Source: Girardia tigrina
Lineage: Eukaryota
NCBI GenBank assembly: GCA_001938485.1
Contig: MQRK01221564.1
Span: 1-64,000 of the forward strand
Direction of reading: 5' to 3'
DNA: 64,000 nt
Shown here: one piece after another, positions 1 through 11,274 of the stretch
Numbering within the stretch: the stretch's first letter is position 1
Layout of the letters: every line of letters begins with the position of its first letter
Made by a program: the position numbers and the translations under genes
The notes under the pieces: generated by a model
What the model was told of the DNA's origin: nothing
The model's database searches: none
The model's input: the letters and a program-made list of their open reading frames with translations, nothing else

Positions 1-268
1 TTAAAATTTTTAATTAAAATATTTTTGCCATTATTACCCAATAATACTTTAATAAATAATAATATAAAATCCCTAATATACCTTTTAAAGTAAATGTATC
101 TATTAAAATTGTATTATTCCAAAAATTCAATATTCATTTACTAAACATCCAAAAATTGCTGATGATGATGTACGTAAACATCGAAACATGTCCAATAATT
201 ATATAAAAAAGCTTTAATCAAATTATATTTTCGAAATACTAAACTTGCGTTCACAAGACTCAATAATA
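1..268 (+). mobile_element. 3' pseudo-LTR end of a Penelope-like element
   Basis: Near-identical to the reverse complement of 51596-51860, which adjoins GIY-YIG coding sequence; contains a hammerhead motif and ends at a short TA run. Confidence 0.8.
155..196 (+). ncRNA. Minimal type I hammerhead ribozyme, intact core
   Basis: ATTG-CTGATGA-T-GATGT(ACGTAA)ACATC-GAAA-CATG-TC^CAAT: stem I ATTG/CAAT, stem II 5 bp, palindromic ACATGT. Confidence 0.8.
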
Positions 269-1824
269 TATATACGTACATAATTCGATTGTTTATATTC
301 ATTCGAATGAAAAAACCACAGTCCTTGGTACACCTGTACACCTATGTCACAGGAACTAAAATACAATAAATATCTTTAATGATAAAATTACTTGATATGA
401 TTAATTATTTTTACTTACAAATTTCAATTTAATTAGAGCATTTTACTGATAAAAACTATGAAATATTTTAATCAAAGACTTTCAATTGACTTTGATGGGG
501 CCCATCGGTGTCAAGCGATTCCCTCCTCTTGATCAGGGAAGTACGCGAAATGCCGAATTATTTCTACGATTTACGACTACTTTATTTTAATTTGACATTT
601 CTATGGGCAACTTACAGCAGATTAAATAAATTAGATTAATTATTATTATTATTAAATTATCAATCGTATAATAATCTGTTTTCGAAATTGAGTTTTCTGT
701 AAGGAGCAAAGTTGATTTGGATCAAAGTATACCGAAACTAGACGAATGACTTCCAGTGAAGAATTGTAGGGGCCCTAAATTCAGTTTGAACATGGAAATA
801 AAAGAAATGATTCAAAATTTTATTTTTTGATATCAGAAGGAAAGCAGGAAGACAGAAAACCCTCTCACAGTGGCACAAGAAAATCGATAAAAATATCCTA
901 AATTCAAACTAAAAACAATTTTTCTATGTCAAAATGCTTTGTTTCGAAAATGACTCTATCAAAAACGCTTCATGATTATCATAAAATGCTAAAATAGCGA
1001 GCCTAAAATATACAGACATCAAAGAAAAATAAACATCAACTTTAAAGAAAACATATTTTTATTACATTTTTACAACGCTCTAATATATTTCTTGTCTGTC
1101 AGTAACACTTCTCTTTCGAATCTTGCTTTTGCTCTTTGACCCATTCTGATGGCCGAGCAAACCTTATACATGTTTTGCATATTTGTTCATTCGCGATGGC
1201 ATTACGATATTTGTAAGTCATGTTAATGCTATTCAATGATTTTGGTAAAATATTCATCGATTTAGTACTTTTGAATATTTAAGGCTGGAAATTTCTAAAT
1301 ATGGACGTATTCGGTTAGACAACGACAGTTATTGCCTTTCAAAAGCTATTTCTTGCATCATTCGATTTTCCGAAAAACTCGATATCCAGATATTCATTGG
1401 TTCTTATTAAAGTTAATTTTAAAATATTAAAATTGCTGCTGAAACATGTACAATAATCGTTTTCTAAAAAAACTTTTGTACTTTTGAATATTTAGGTGAT
1501 ACGATTGGAACCCCGAACCTGGCTAGAATTAGGTGGAATACCAACGGCTATGGAACACGATCGAATCCATCGTTTAATTATCTCTGTTCATTTGATTTTC
1601 CTTACAAACCTCGGGGGTTTTGCTCATGAAAAATGTTAGGAGAGCTATTTACTATCATTTTTGGAAAAATGCAGAGGAAACAAAGAGAAAAAATGCAGAC
1701 TTCGGTTAAGATTCTATCGGAGAGAGTACTGTTCGTTTATGAATCACTACATTAAAAAAATAATTTCAACCTTGAAGCCACTAAATATCTAATCAACGTT
1801 TGAGTCGAGAGACAAAAATATATA

Positions 1825-1872
1825 ATAAGATGTATAATCAATAAATTATAATTTATTGATTATACATCTTAT
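1825..1872. repeat. Perfect 48-bp palindrome with no spacer
   Basis: ATAAGATGTATAATCAATAAATTA|TAATTTATTGATTATACATCTTAT. Confidence 0.9.
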
Positions 1873-3050
1873 AATCAATAATTATTACAATAATTATTAC
1901 AGAAATAATTATTACAAGAAACCTGGGGAGACATTACATTTATCCATCAAAATCGCATGCAATTACTTAGTGCAGCTTAGCTTTATTTCCAGTTTTGATA
2001 TTTCAGTGCCTCATTAATTATCAGAAAATAATTAGTCTTTTTCTGATAAAAAGAAACAAAGTAGAGTCCTTTCTGAAAAAACTTGTTACTTTTTACAAGA
2101 AAAACTTCGTATGTGACACACGTAATCCAAGCCATTTTAGGGTCAAATGGTAGAAACCCTCTGGAGCGGAGAATTGCTAATTTGACCGAACATTTATTTT
2201 GCCAGTTCAGAAATTTATAAATAAAAATATAATTAAGTAATTAAATTAATAAATTAAGAGAATTAAATAAATTAATTAGATTAAATAAAAATAATAGATT
2301 AAATTAAATAAAAATTAATAAGTAAAATAAATAATTTAAATACATAATTAAATAATTAAAAAAAAATATTCATTCTAAATGAGAGTCAAATAATATTGCC
2401 GAGTAAAAAGATATATATTGCATATATATTGGATTAATATTGCAGCCAATTTAACTGCAGTGAAAAGTAATTAAATTATGCAATCGCCAATCAATTTGAA
2501 GATCAAATTCGAAACGAGTAAATGATTGTTTCGATAATTGAATGGCGAGCGGGTTGTGAGCCTCATTATTTTTTTAACTGCAAGAATTTTCTCTGTCGGT
2601 GTGGGTATGTATTTATTTTTTTGTGTTTGTGTGTGTATTGTGTGGTGTAATTTATGAATGTTATGTAAAAATGATTGGTTGAATTGTGTATGTGTGTGGT
2701 GTGTGATTGTTTTTGAAAATGAAAATCAGCCACAATTTTCAAGATTTGTTTAAAAAAAGGTGAACTAATACAAAGTGATCTAATAAAAAAGGAAAGTGAA
2801 TTTGGTGAGGTGAAATTTAAATGAATTGTCATTGTGAAGAGATCTAATTTTGTGTTGCGAACTGAAATTCAAATTTGTGAAGAAAAAAAGAGTGATTGCA
2901 ATTGAATTTTGTTTTTGAAAGCAGAGTGTGAACTGTGATCCAATTAAATTACAATTACAAAAAAAAGTGAAAGGTGTTCAATTGGCAATTAACAATATTC
3001 AAATAAGTGAAATTAAATGTTGAAAGCTTCCAATTGATTAATAAAAATTA

Positions 3051-3647
3051 ATGTCTGGTTCTTTTGACTTTGCTGGTTTTTGCAGTGTTGAATTTAAAAG
3101 AACAAAATTTATTTTATCTCTTCATTATTTGAAAGATATCTTGAACGAATTAAAAAAAGTTTTCTTTGGCGAAAATTTAATTGATTTAAAAAATTCACCT
3201 TTAAATCTATATGATAGACCTTTTGGTTCTGAATCACGAAGGTACATGCTTAATGTTTTGGTTCTAATCGCAGATTTGNNNNNNNNNNNNNNNNNNNNNN
3301 NNNNNNNNNNNNNNNNNNNNNNNNNNNNNNNNNNNNNNNNNNNNNNNNNNNNNNNNNNNNNNNNNNNNNNNNNNNNNNNNNNNNNNNNNNNNNNNNNNNN
3401 NNNNNNNNNNNNNNNNNNNNNNNNNNNNNNNNNNNNNNNNNNNNNNNNNNNNNNNNNNNNNNNNNNNNNNNNNNNNNNNNNNNNNNNNCTTTGTAAATTT
3501 GAATTGCGTAAACGAGATGGAATTCCGCTCATTAAAGTGTTCTTAAAAATGAAAGACGATTATTACCGTCTCCTTTCAAAAATAATGTGGAGACACGGAA
3601 TCCCACCCACCCTCCAACATCAGAAAAATGAAATATTTGTCCCTTAA
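3051..3647 (+). CDS. Unknown ORF sharing a C-terminal CKFELxKRDGIPLI...WRHG module with the ankyrin ORF; spans an N gap
   Basis: 3490-3532 and 11132-11174 differ at one base; frame across the gap is unverified. Confidence 0.35.
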   Translation: MSGSFDFAGFCSVEFKRTKFILSLHYLKDILNELKKVFFGENLIDLKNSPLNLYDRPFGSESRRYMLNVLVLIADLXXXXXXXXXXXXXXXXXXXXXXXXXXXXXXXXXXXXXXXXXXXXXXXXXXXXXXXXXXXXXXXXXXXXXXLCKFELRKRDGIPLIKVFLKMKDDYYRLLSKIMWRHGIPPTLQHQKNEIFVP

Positions 3648-4629
3648 AGTGTTTTAGTGCATTTGATGGAAGTCATTTTCTATTAGATTTTTAAATTTCT
3701 AAATTTTTTTCAGCAACAGACAATTTCAAGAACCAGCCTTTGGCAGCTATCAATCACCATTTCAGAATACGATATGTTTTCTCTATCGTTCAGTACTTTA
3801 CAAGGTAATGGAGACATATGATAAAGATGACAACTAACAGCGCACCAAAAGCTAATGCTTGATATGAAACTTCTTTTACTCAATGCAATCAACTGAATTT
3901 GAGCCTTCATATCAAACCCAAAACTATCCAAAATCTAATCGATGCAATTCGACTGAAATGACTGACCAAATGGCAATATGAGAGAACAATGTATTTTCTG
4001 TACCAGGTTTGGAACTAGTGACACTCAGTGTAATAACATATTTGGTCCGTGCAAGATAATCACACACCGGCAAAGTACATTTCATTTTTAATTTCTTCGT
4101 TTTTTCAAAATCGAAAAAAGATAAAAATAATCTTGATGCCATTGAACTTCTTCCATAGCCAAAAAAAATTCTGTATCAAAAATTTATCAAAAATTCAGAA
4201 AAATAATTGATCTAAAATAAATTCTTTTTACAAGGAAAATCTCAGTATTAACTATATGTTTATAGTTTACTATTTTTCGTTAGAATTATTTTATTTCTTA
4301 ATTTGCTTAATTATTTTTATTTTTTATATTATTAATGAGAAAAATAATATCAAAACAAATATTATTTTATTAATTACACTAATTAAATATTGTATTTTTA
4401 AGAAATTTTAAGAAATAAAATACAAAAAAATAATCATGGGGAAATTGTCACATTTGCGTTTCTAAGGTAAATAAGATTATAAATATTAAAATGATATTTT
4501 TCTTTGAAAAAAGGTTTATAATAGAATAATAATTTCATTTTATTTTTAAAAAATATATTCTTAATTGAAATTTAACTGTCGTAAAATGAATAATATTAAT
4601 TTAAACAAAAAATTTTCAAGCAAATCAAA

Positions 4630-5110
4630 GTTACTAATTTCGGCGGTTTAACCGTCATTGTCAGAACAAATGCTTTTTCAAACGAAATCGACTTATATAG
4701 TGCATTTAATGATTACGTAATCGACACGTCATCAGTACATCATTTAAAACTCCAAAAAAAGTTGTAGAGAATGCAGTTTGAACGTTAATTTTAAGATCCA
4801 AAGATCTTTTATATAACATTTCACATGTCACTCTCTCCCAATAATTTTTAAATTGAGTGCACAGAATTTGAAAGTGTTGTAAATTTATTTCTGTCCTGCA
4901 ATTTTACTTCCACCTGCATTAAAACTGTGTTCTCAGATTCTTTTACAGAGATTACATGAATTCTCTCCAATGTATGTGGTGTTACACCCATTACATGTAT
5001 GTTGGTCAATGAGATCCGAACACAATTCAAACGGCGTTGAAAATTAATTGCCGAATATTCTTTAAATTTATTCGGTACGAGATATTATTTTTAAACTTAT
5101 AGCATTAATA
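4630..5110 (-). mobile_element. Decayed PLE 3' fragment (GIY-YIG endonuclease plus degenerate hammerhead)
   Basis: Minus strand reads CNGCNTTYIGE; 4630-4667 reads CTGACAA-T-GACGG(TTAAA)CCGCC-GAAA-TTAG-TA. Confidence 0.7.
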
Positions 5111-5569
5111 CTTACAGATTATTTTTTAAATATTTTATTGACGAAACAAGAACAGTAAAAACAACAGGAATGGCGAAAGAAAAAAAATCATTTGTTAGTT
5201 TTTGGAAAGAATTATTATTTGTCCAAATATATTTGTTTAAGAAGGAATGGAAAAATATTTCTGAATTCCAATGTCTACAAAATATATAAATTTTTTATAA
5301 ATTCAATTTAGTTTCATGAATAATTTATTGACAGAATATTTTTTTGTAAAAATTAAAATTAATTTTCATTAATATTTATTATGGTATAAACTTCTGCTTT
5401 TGTCACTTTTAAAAATTTATTATGAATATATTAAAAATTCGTAAGCATGATTACAATAAATTTAAATAGTTATAATTTGACAATGATTTAATATTTTGGT
5501 GCTCATTTTTTTGTTTGATTGCTGCATATCTTGGCTATTGAACACATCAATAAAAATTACTTATAGTTA

Positions 5570-7990
5570 TTGATAACTTATTTTAATAATCAGTATTTAA
5601 AAAATAGAAAAGAGAAATTCGAAGTATTATGAATAACAAGTTTCTACTGTGAACCTCAACATCAGAAACCATGCAAAACATCATTATCGTATTTGAATAC
5701 GATGCTGCTACGCAGCAGACAGTCTTAGATTATTTCAAGAAATTCGTGCATGGTGTTTTTAACCTCTACAATAAATCATAAGGTCGTCCAGGAACGCAAG
5801 GAGAACTCAGAAGTCGGATTCCTCATTAAATGCTCATGATTTATAGCTTAAGTTGGTTGTTACAAATAAAACAATATTGAATCACTTGACTGAAATTGGT
5901 AAAGTGGAAAATTTGGATGCGTGAATTTCACAGGAGTTTAACTAAAAGTCGAAAAATACCTTTGAATGCTTGCTTGATGATGCTTTCTCGTTATAAATGT
6001 GATAACTTTTTAATCGATTCGTTACTTGTGATGAAAAATCAATCTAATATGATAATCACAAACATTCAGTAAGCTGGGAGAACACGAATGAAGCACCAAA
6101 ACACAGTCTGAAACACAGCTTTGTGTCAACAGCAGATAATGGTGAGTGTTAGTTTTTCTGTTCCAGGTGTAATTCATTTTAAATTCATGAAACATGATTC
6201 ATCGATCAAAGCAAATATCTATTGCAACTGATTAAACTACAGTGCGGTTCATAAGTAAGTTCGCACCCCATGAATATTATTGATCTACAACAAAGACACA
6301 TTGAACATGTATTAAAATAAAATATTTAATTAATATTTTGTTGGATAACCACGCATTTGTATTATCGACGATAAACGACGGGGCATCGAATGAACTAGGG
6401 ACTCGCACTGTGCCCTAGAGATCTTGTACCATATGTCTTGAATGGCATTCCATAGATCATTTTCTGTTGCAGGGCAAGTATTTATTACATTCCTTTTAAT
6501 AATATGCCATAAATTTTCAATCGGGTTTGCGTCCGGTGAATTGGCAGGCCAGTCTAACACTTCCACATTCATTTCGTTACGAAAACGAGTTGTCGAAGTC
6601 GCTTTGTGGGCTGGAGCAAGGTCTTGTTGAAAAATAAATGATTTCTCAGGAAATCTGAGACATTGTCCGACGATATCAATGTCATTTATTATTTCCTTTT
6701 GATATTTCTCTGCGTTTAGGTTGCCATTTATTCTTTTCAGTACTCCAACGCCAAATTTCGAAAAACAACCCCAAACGTGAACTTGGGGGCCATGTTGCAT
6801 AACCTTCTTTGCACAACGGGGACTTAAGGATTCATAACTAAATCTTCTGACCAGAGCGTTTTTAGAGCAGCTAAAACTTCTAAAGATGCTCTCGTCACTA
6901 AATACAACAGAATCCCATTGCTATTTCATATTATTTTTAGCCCATTCAATTCTACGACACCTTTGCTTATAATTAAGAAAAGGCTTTGTCACAGCAATGT
7001 GACTCTTCAGTCCGTGTTTGTTCAGTATTCTTTTGGTAGTGCTTCTGGAGATTTGTACATTATAATCTTCACAACATTTCACCATGACTTATTTTGTCGT
7101 AAAAAATCTGTTAGATAGAGGTGCGTCGTATTAAACGTTTTGAACGTTCCGACAATTTATGAGGTCTGCCACTTCGTTGAATGTCTTCGTAACTTCCAGT
7201 AACAGCATATTTTTTAATAACTTTTGAATTCCACGNNNNNNNNNNNNNNNNNNNNNNNNNNNNNNNNNNNNNNNNNNNNNNNNNNNNNNNNNNNNNNNNN
7301 NNNNNNNNNNNNNNNNNNNNNNNNNNNNNNNNNNNNNNNNNNNNNNNNNNNNNNNNNNNNNNNNNNNNNNNNNNNNNNNNNNNNNNNNNNNNNNNNNTTA
7401 ATCTATAAATATTTAAATTAAATACAAGATTATGATCAATTTTAATCATTTTAAACAATGCAATTAAAATAATAAAGACTTTTTCATCGTTTTATTGAGA
7501 TATATTGAAATTGTTATGGTGCGAACTTACTTATGAACCGCACTGTAATAAGATTTGATTAGGAAACTAAAAGAAAAAAAATAGTGTTTGGTAAATAGGT
7601 CGACTCCCATCTTGCTCCACGACAATGCAAAAGCACATACTGCACTTAAAGCCGTAACAAAAATACAGGAAATGGAGTTGAAACTTCAGCATCCTTTTCC
7701 ATATTTACCAAACGTAGGCCCAACATCCAACCATTTCTTACTCAATTTGAAAAACCTTTTGATAGGAAAAATTCAAATCCGAAGATGCCATAGAAAATTA
7801 TTAGATTCTCGCCTACCACATCTTTTTTCAAATAGCCTGAACAAGTTGCCGCTCAAATGGTAAAAAAGTACCCACTTATATGGGTGAATACTTTATTGAA
7901 TAACTTTTGAATATATTTGAATATATTTGTATTGATAAATTATCAATAAAATTTGACTTTAGTTCTAGAAATTTCATACTGTGACGACAT
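5570..7990 (+). mobile_element. Decayed mariner element interrupted by a Tc1 insertion (ends approximate)
   Basis: TCDEK..YDN before the insertion; PILLHDNAKAH...PYLPNVGPTSNHF after it. Confidence 0.75.
6240..7545 (-). mobile_element. Tc1-family (DD34E) transposon, frameshifted
   Basis: 28-bp TIRs CAGTGCGGTTCATAAGTAAGTTCGCACC with TA TSD at both ends; RSGRP, VVFSDES, FQQDLAPAH-34-SPDANPIEN. Confidence 0.93.
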
Positions 7991-8315
7991 AATAACAAAG
8001 AATCCTTATTGGTTATCAACCGTTCCAGAACTATTGATCCTTCAAAATATCTTCCTCGGAAAGGTAAAGTGTCATTTGATTACTCTTTTCTCAATTCCAA
8101 AAAAAACATTTTGTTTACAAATAATCAAATAAAAATTTCTAAAAAGGAAATGTAATGCGAAAAATGTATATTTTAATTCAATTACTTTGTAAAGGAAATT
8201 ATATTTTTTAAATAAACAGTTCTAAAAATGTCAAAGTATCAAAATTATTATAAATAAAGTTTGTTGATTTCATTAATGGAAAGTTATCCGGCGACTGAAA
8301 AATTCAGTGATTGTT

Positions 8316-9521
8316 TTAGATGACTACCATCATTTCAATTGATGTAGGATTAAGTTGAAAACTTATGAGGTTGGTCAACCCAACTGTCGTGTTGCTAGAC
8401 ATTGTAAAGGCGTCACTTATTATGTATTCCTTCTTAACTGTAAATCCAACATCCTTTAAGCTAATGTATATGTTTCTTTTAACATTTGCCGTATTTAAAA
8501 CAGCCACCACTGATTTACTTCCAGTTAAATCTCGCTTCCAAAACTGTGTAGAATTCTTTTCATACAGAAAATATCCTTGTTTACCCATTGGATCTTGATT
8601 AATACTAAGAATGTATTTGTTCTGTAATAATTGAACCGAGTAGGAACTAATGTTCCTTAAATCATTGGACATCAATAATGGAGCAGCAAATATTGCCCAC
8701 ATTCCCATTTGAACCCTTTGTTGATCCTGATTTAACCCTGAATTCCCAATGATTAACATATCTGGGTCGTTCCAATGACCAGGACCAGCCCATGTTGAAA
8801 AGTTATTATAATTCAACTTAAAATAATTAATTATTCCTAACACAGATGCCCAACTATCATCAATATCGTCATACATACGCCATAAATTACAAGAAGTTTG
8901 TAACAATGAGGCTAGTTTAGGATTAATATGTGGAACCTCAAAATATGCTGGCCAGCTACACGAAAAAACAATCGAACGTTTGGTTAAATTCAAATACTGA
9001 CTATATGCCTCATAGCCATCTGGTTGACTGGTCACATTGCTGTTGCAGCCATCTAATTTTATGTAGTCCACTCCCCAACTTACAAATGTGTTTATATCTT
9101 GCTGGACATAATTTAAACTTCCCGGATAACCAGCGCATGTTTTAGTTCCATAGTCTTCATAAATTCCAAATTTCAAACCTAAATTATGAATTACATTTCC
9201 TAAGTAAGACATTCCATTTGGAAATCGAATTGGATCAGGAATCAGATTTCCTTTGCTGTCACGGCTTTTATTTAACCAGCAATCATCTATTACAATGTAA
9301 TTGTATCCTGCATCAAGAAACCCATTTTTCTTCATACTATATGCCATTGAAATGATGAGATTTTCACTGATACAATCTTTTGGATATGTTTGGCAGTCCG
9401 TAGTACATCTATATCTCTCCCACGTCATCCATCCCATTGGCGGGGTTCTGGCTAAGCCATTATCCAAACAACTTCCTCCAAATATTAAAACAAAAAATAT
9501 TGCATAAAATACAAACTGCAT
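8316..9521 (-). CDS. NAGA: GH27 alpha-N-acetylgalactosaminidase (alpha-galactosidase B-like), intronless, 401 aa, with signal peptide
   Basis: Hydrophobic N-terminus followed by LDNGLARTPPMGW, IDDCW, YIKLDGC (nucleophile Asp), WRMYDDI (acid/base Asp) and GHWNDPDML. The SCSWPAY motif carries the Ser/Ala pair of alpha-NAGAL, not the Glu/Leu (CEWPLY) of alpha-Gal A. Confidence 0.9.
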   Translation of the reverse strand: MQFVFYAIFFVLIFGGSCLDNGLARTPPMGWMTWERYRCTTDCQTYPKDCISENLIISMAYSMKKNGFLDAGYNYIVIDDCWLNKSRDSKGNLIPDPIRFPNGMSYLGNVIHNLGLKFGIYEDYGTKTCAGYPGSLNYVQQDINTFVSWGVDYIKLDGCNSNVTSQPDGYEAYSQYLNLTKRSIVFSCSWPAYFEVPHINPKLASLLQTSCNLWRMYDDIDDSWASVLGIINYFKLNYNNFSTWAGPGHWNDPDMLIIGNSGLNQDQQRVQMGMWAIFAAPLLMSNDLRNISSYSVQLLQNKYILSINQDPMGKQGYFLYEKNSTQFWKRDLTGSKSVVAVLNTANVKRNIYISLKDVGFTVKKEYIISDAFTMSSNTTVGLTNLISFQLNPTSIEMMVVI

Positions 9522-10569
9522 TGAAATTTGTATTATGTAGACGTAACACGATAATATATAAAATATATATTAGAAAGTCATGTGTCAATGTAATCTTTGA
9601 CCTTTTATATTATTTACATTAAGTAACATTATGGTTCATGTGATGAATGTAAAATCAGTGTTCCATATGATAATTATGAATATAATAAATGGATGATTGT
9701 AAAAATAAATAAAACATATAGTATCGGACATCAATTATTACAATGTAAATTATTAAATGTAAAATACATATTTCATTAGAAGAAAATATCCTTTTTTACA
9801 CAGTAGTAATTCTTAACATTATAATCCATATTCCGAAGGATTTGGCCAATTTAACCTTTCAATTTTGAAACTTATTAATAATGCTTTTTGGAGCGGAGAA
9901 TTGCCAATTTGACCGAACATTTTTGCCAGAAATTTATAAATAAAAAAATATAATGGATTAAATAAAAATAAAGTGAAAATAGGAAAGACAAAACGTTAAA
10001 TAAAAAAAATGTTATTAAATTATATTCACTAGCATAATTAACCATGCAAAAGGGAATTAATTTTCAAATAACGTAAGCAAAATTAAATAAACTAATAAAA
10101 TAAATAAATCATTTTGAAATACTTGAAATTAAAAACAAATCAATAATGATAATGGAATTTGTGAAATAATGTCTCTGTTGATTATGTAATCAATCAATCA
10201 ACGTTTTAAATTCGTTGATTTGAAGCAAATGGTGAGCCTCCTTTTTATTTTCTCTTTCAATGCAAATAAATGAATGTCTGGTAAGTGTGTAAGTATTTTT
10301 CTTTGTTGTGTGAATGTCTGAATGTGATTGCGTGTTTGTGTGTTAATGAAATGTAATTGATTGGTTGAATGTGTTGTGTGTGTGTNNNNTTTTTTTAATT
10401 GTGAATTATAATCACAATTTCAATTTTTGTGTTTTAAAAAGGGGAGTGTTGATTGATCAATTTATTAAAAACAATAACAAAATGGAGGTTTAAAATTTCG
10501 ACCAATTGTCAATTTAAAAAAATAAGGGTCTCGTGTTTTGCTCTGCTTTTGAACAATTAAAAAAAATAA

Positions 10570-11270
10570 ATGTCATTAGTTACCGATAAAATTGCAAAGG
10601 AAACAAAAATATATTATTCCGACGTGTCTTATCCTTTGCGTGTGTTTTGTGAGAGAATAAATGTCTCTGCTGTCAACTTTCTGATTGGAAAGGGTGCCGA
10701 TCTTAATTCTGATGGCTTACACCACCGGAGACCGTTGTGGTGGGCGGTTTGGAATCAGAACGAGCAAATAGTTCAATCAATGGTGAATAAAAATTGCGAA
10801 ATAATTTTTGTCGAAAAAGAAACTGGCCTCACACCATTAGATCTTGCGGTTTCTTATGGAAACTATCGAATTTATCAACTGTTATTGAGTGCCGGTGCAA
10901 CTTATTACCCTCACAACCTTTTATATTGCTTCGTTGAAAATTATCTAAGTATCAATGACGATAAATTTAAAAACAGTAATTATCGTAAACAAAATAATNN
11001 NNNNNNNNNNNNNNNNNNNNNNNNNNNNNNNNNNNNNNNNNNNNNNNNNNNNNNNNNNNNNNNNNNNNNNNNNNNNNNNNNNNNNNNNNNNNNNNNNNNN
11101 GATATTAAGACTGTATGTGTTAGTGAAGACTCTTGTAAATTTGAATTGTGTAAACGAGATGGAATTCCGCTCATTGTTTTGCTCAATAAAATGAAAGGCA
11201 TCTTTCAACCGACATGTAAAATAAGAAATAATTATTCTCAGCCTAAAATATCGTGGAGACACGGTTTCCT
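10570..11270 (+). CDS. Ankyrin-repeat ORF (about 3 repeats) in a repeated cassette; spans an N gap; its 3' end runs into a PLE fragment
   Basis: NFLIGKGADLN, RPLWWAVWNQNEQIVQSMVNKNC, GLTPLDLAVSYGNYRIYQLLLSAGA. The track residues after WRHG (LQIISQTYKI) match the PLE linker LKIVSQTYKV. Frame across the gap is unverified. Confidence 0.6.
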
Positions 11271-11274
11271 GTCC

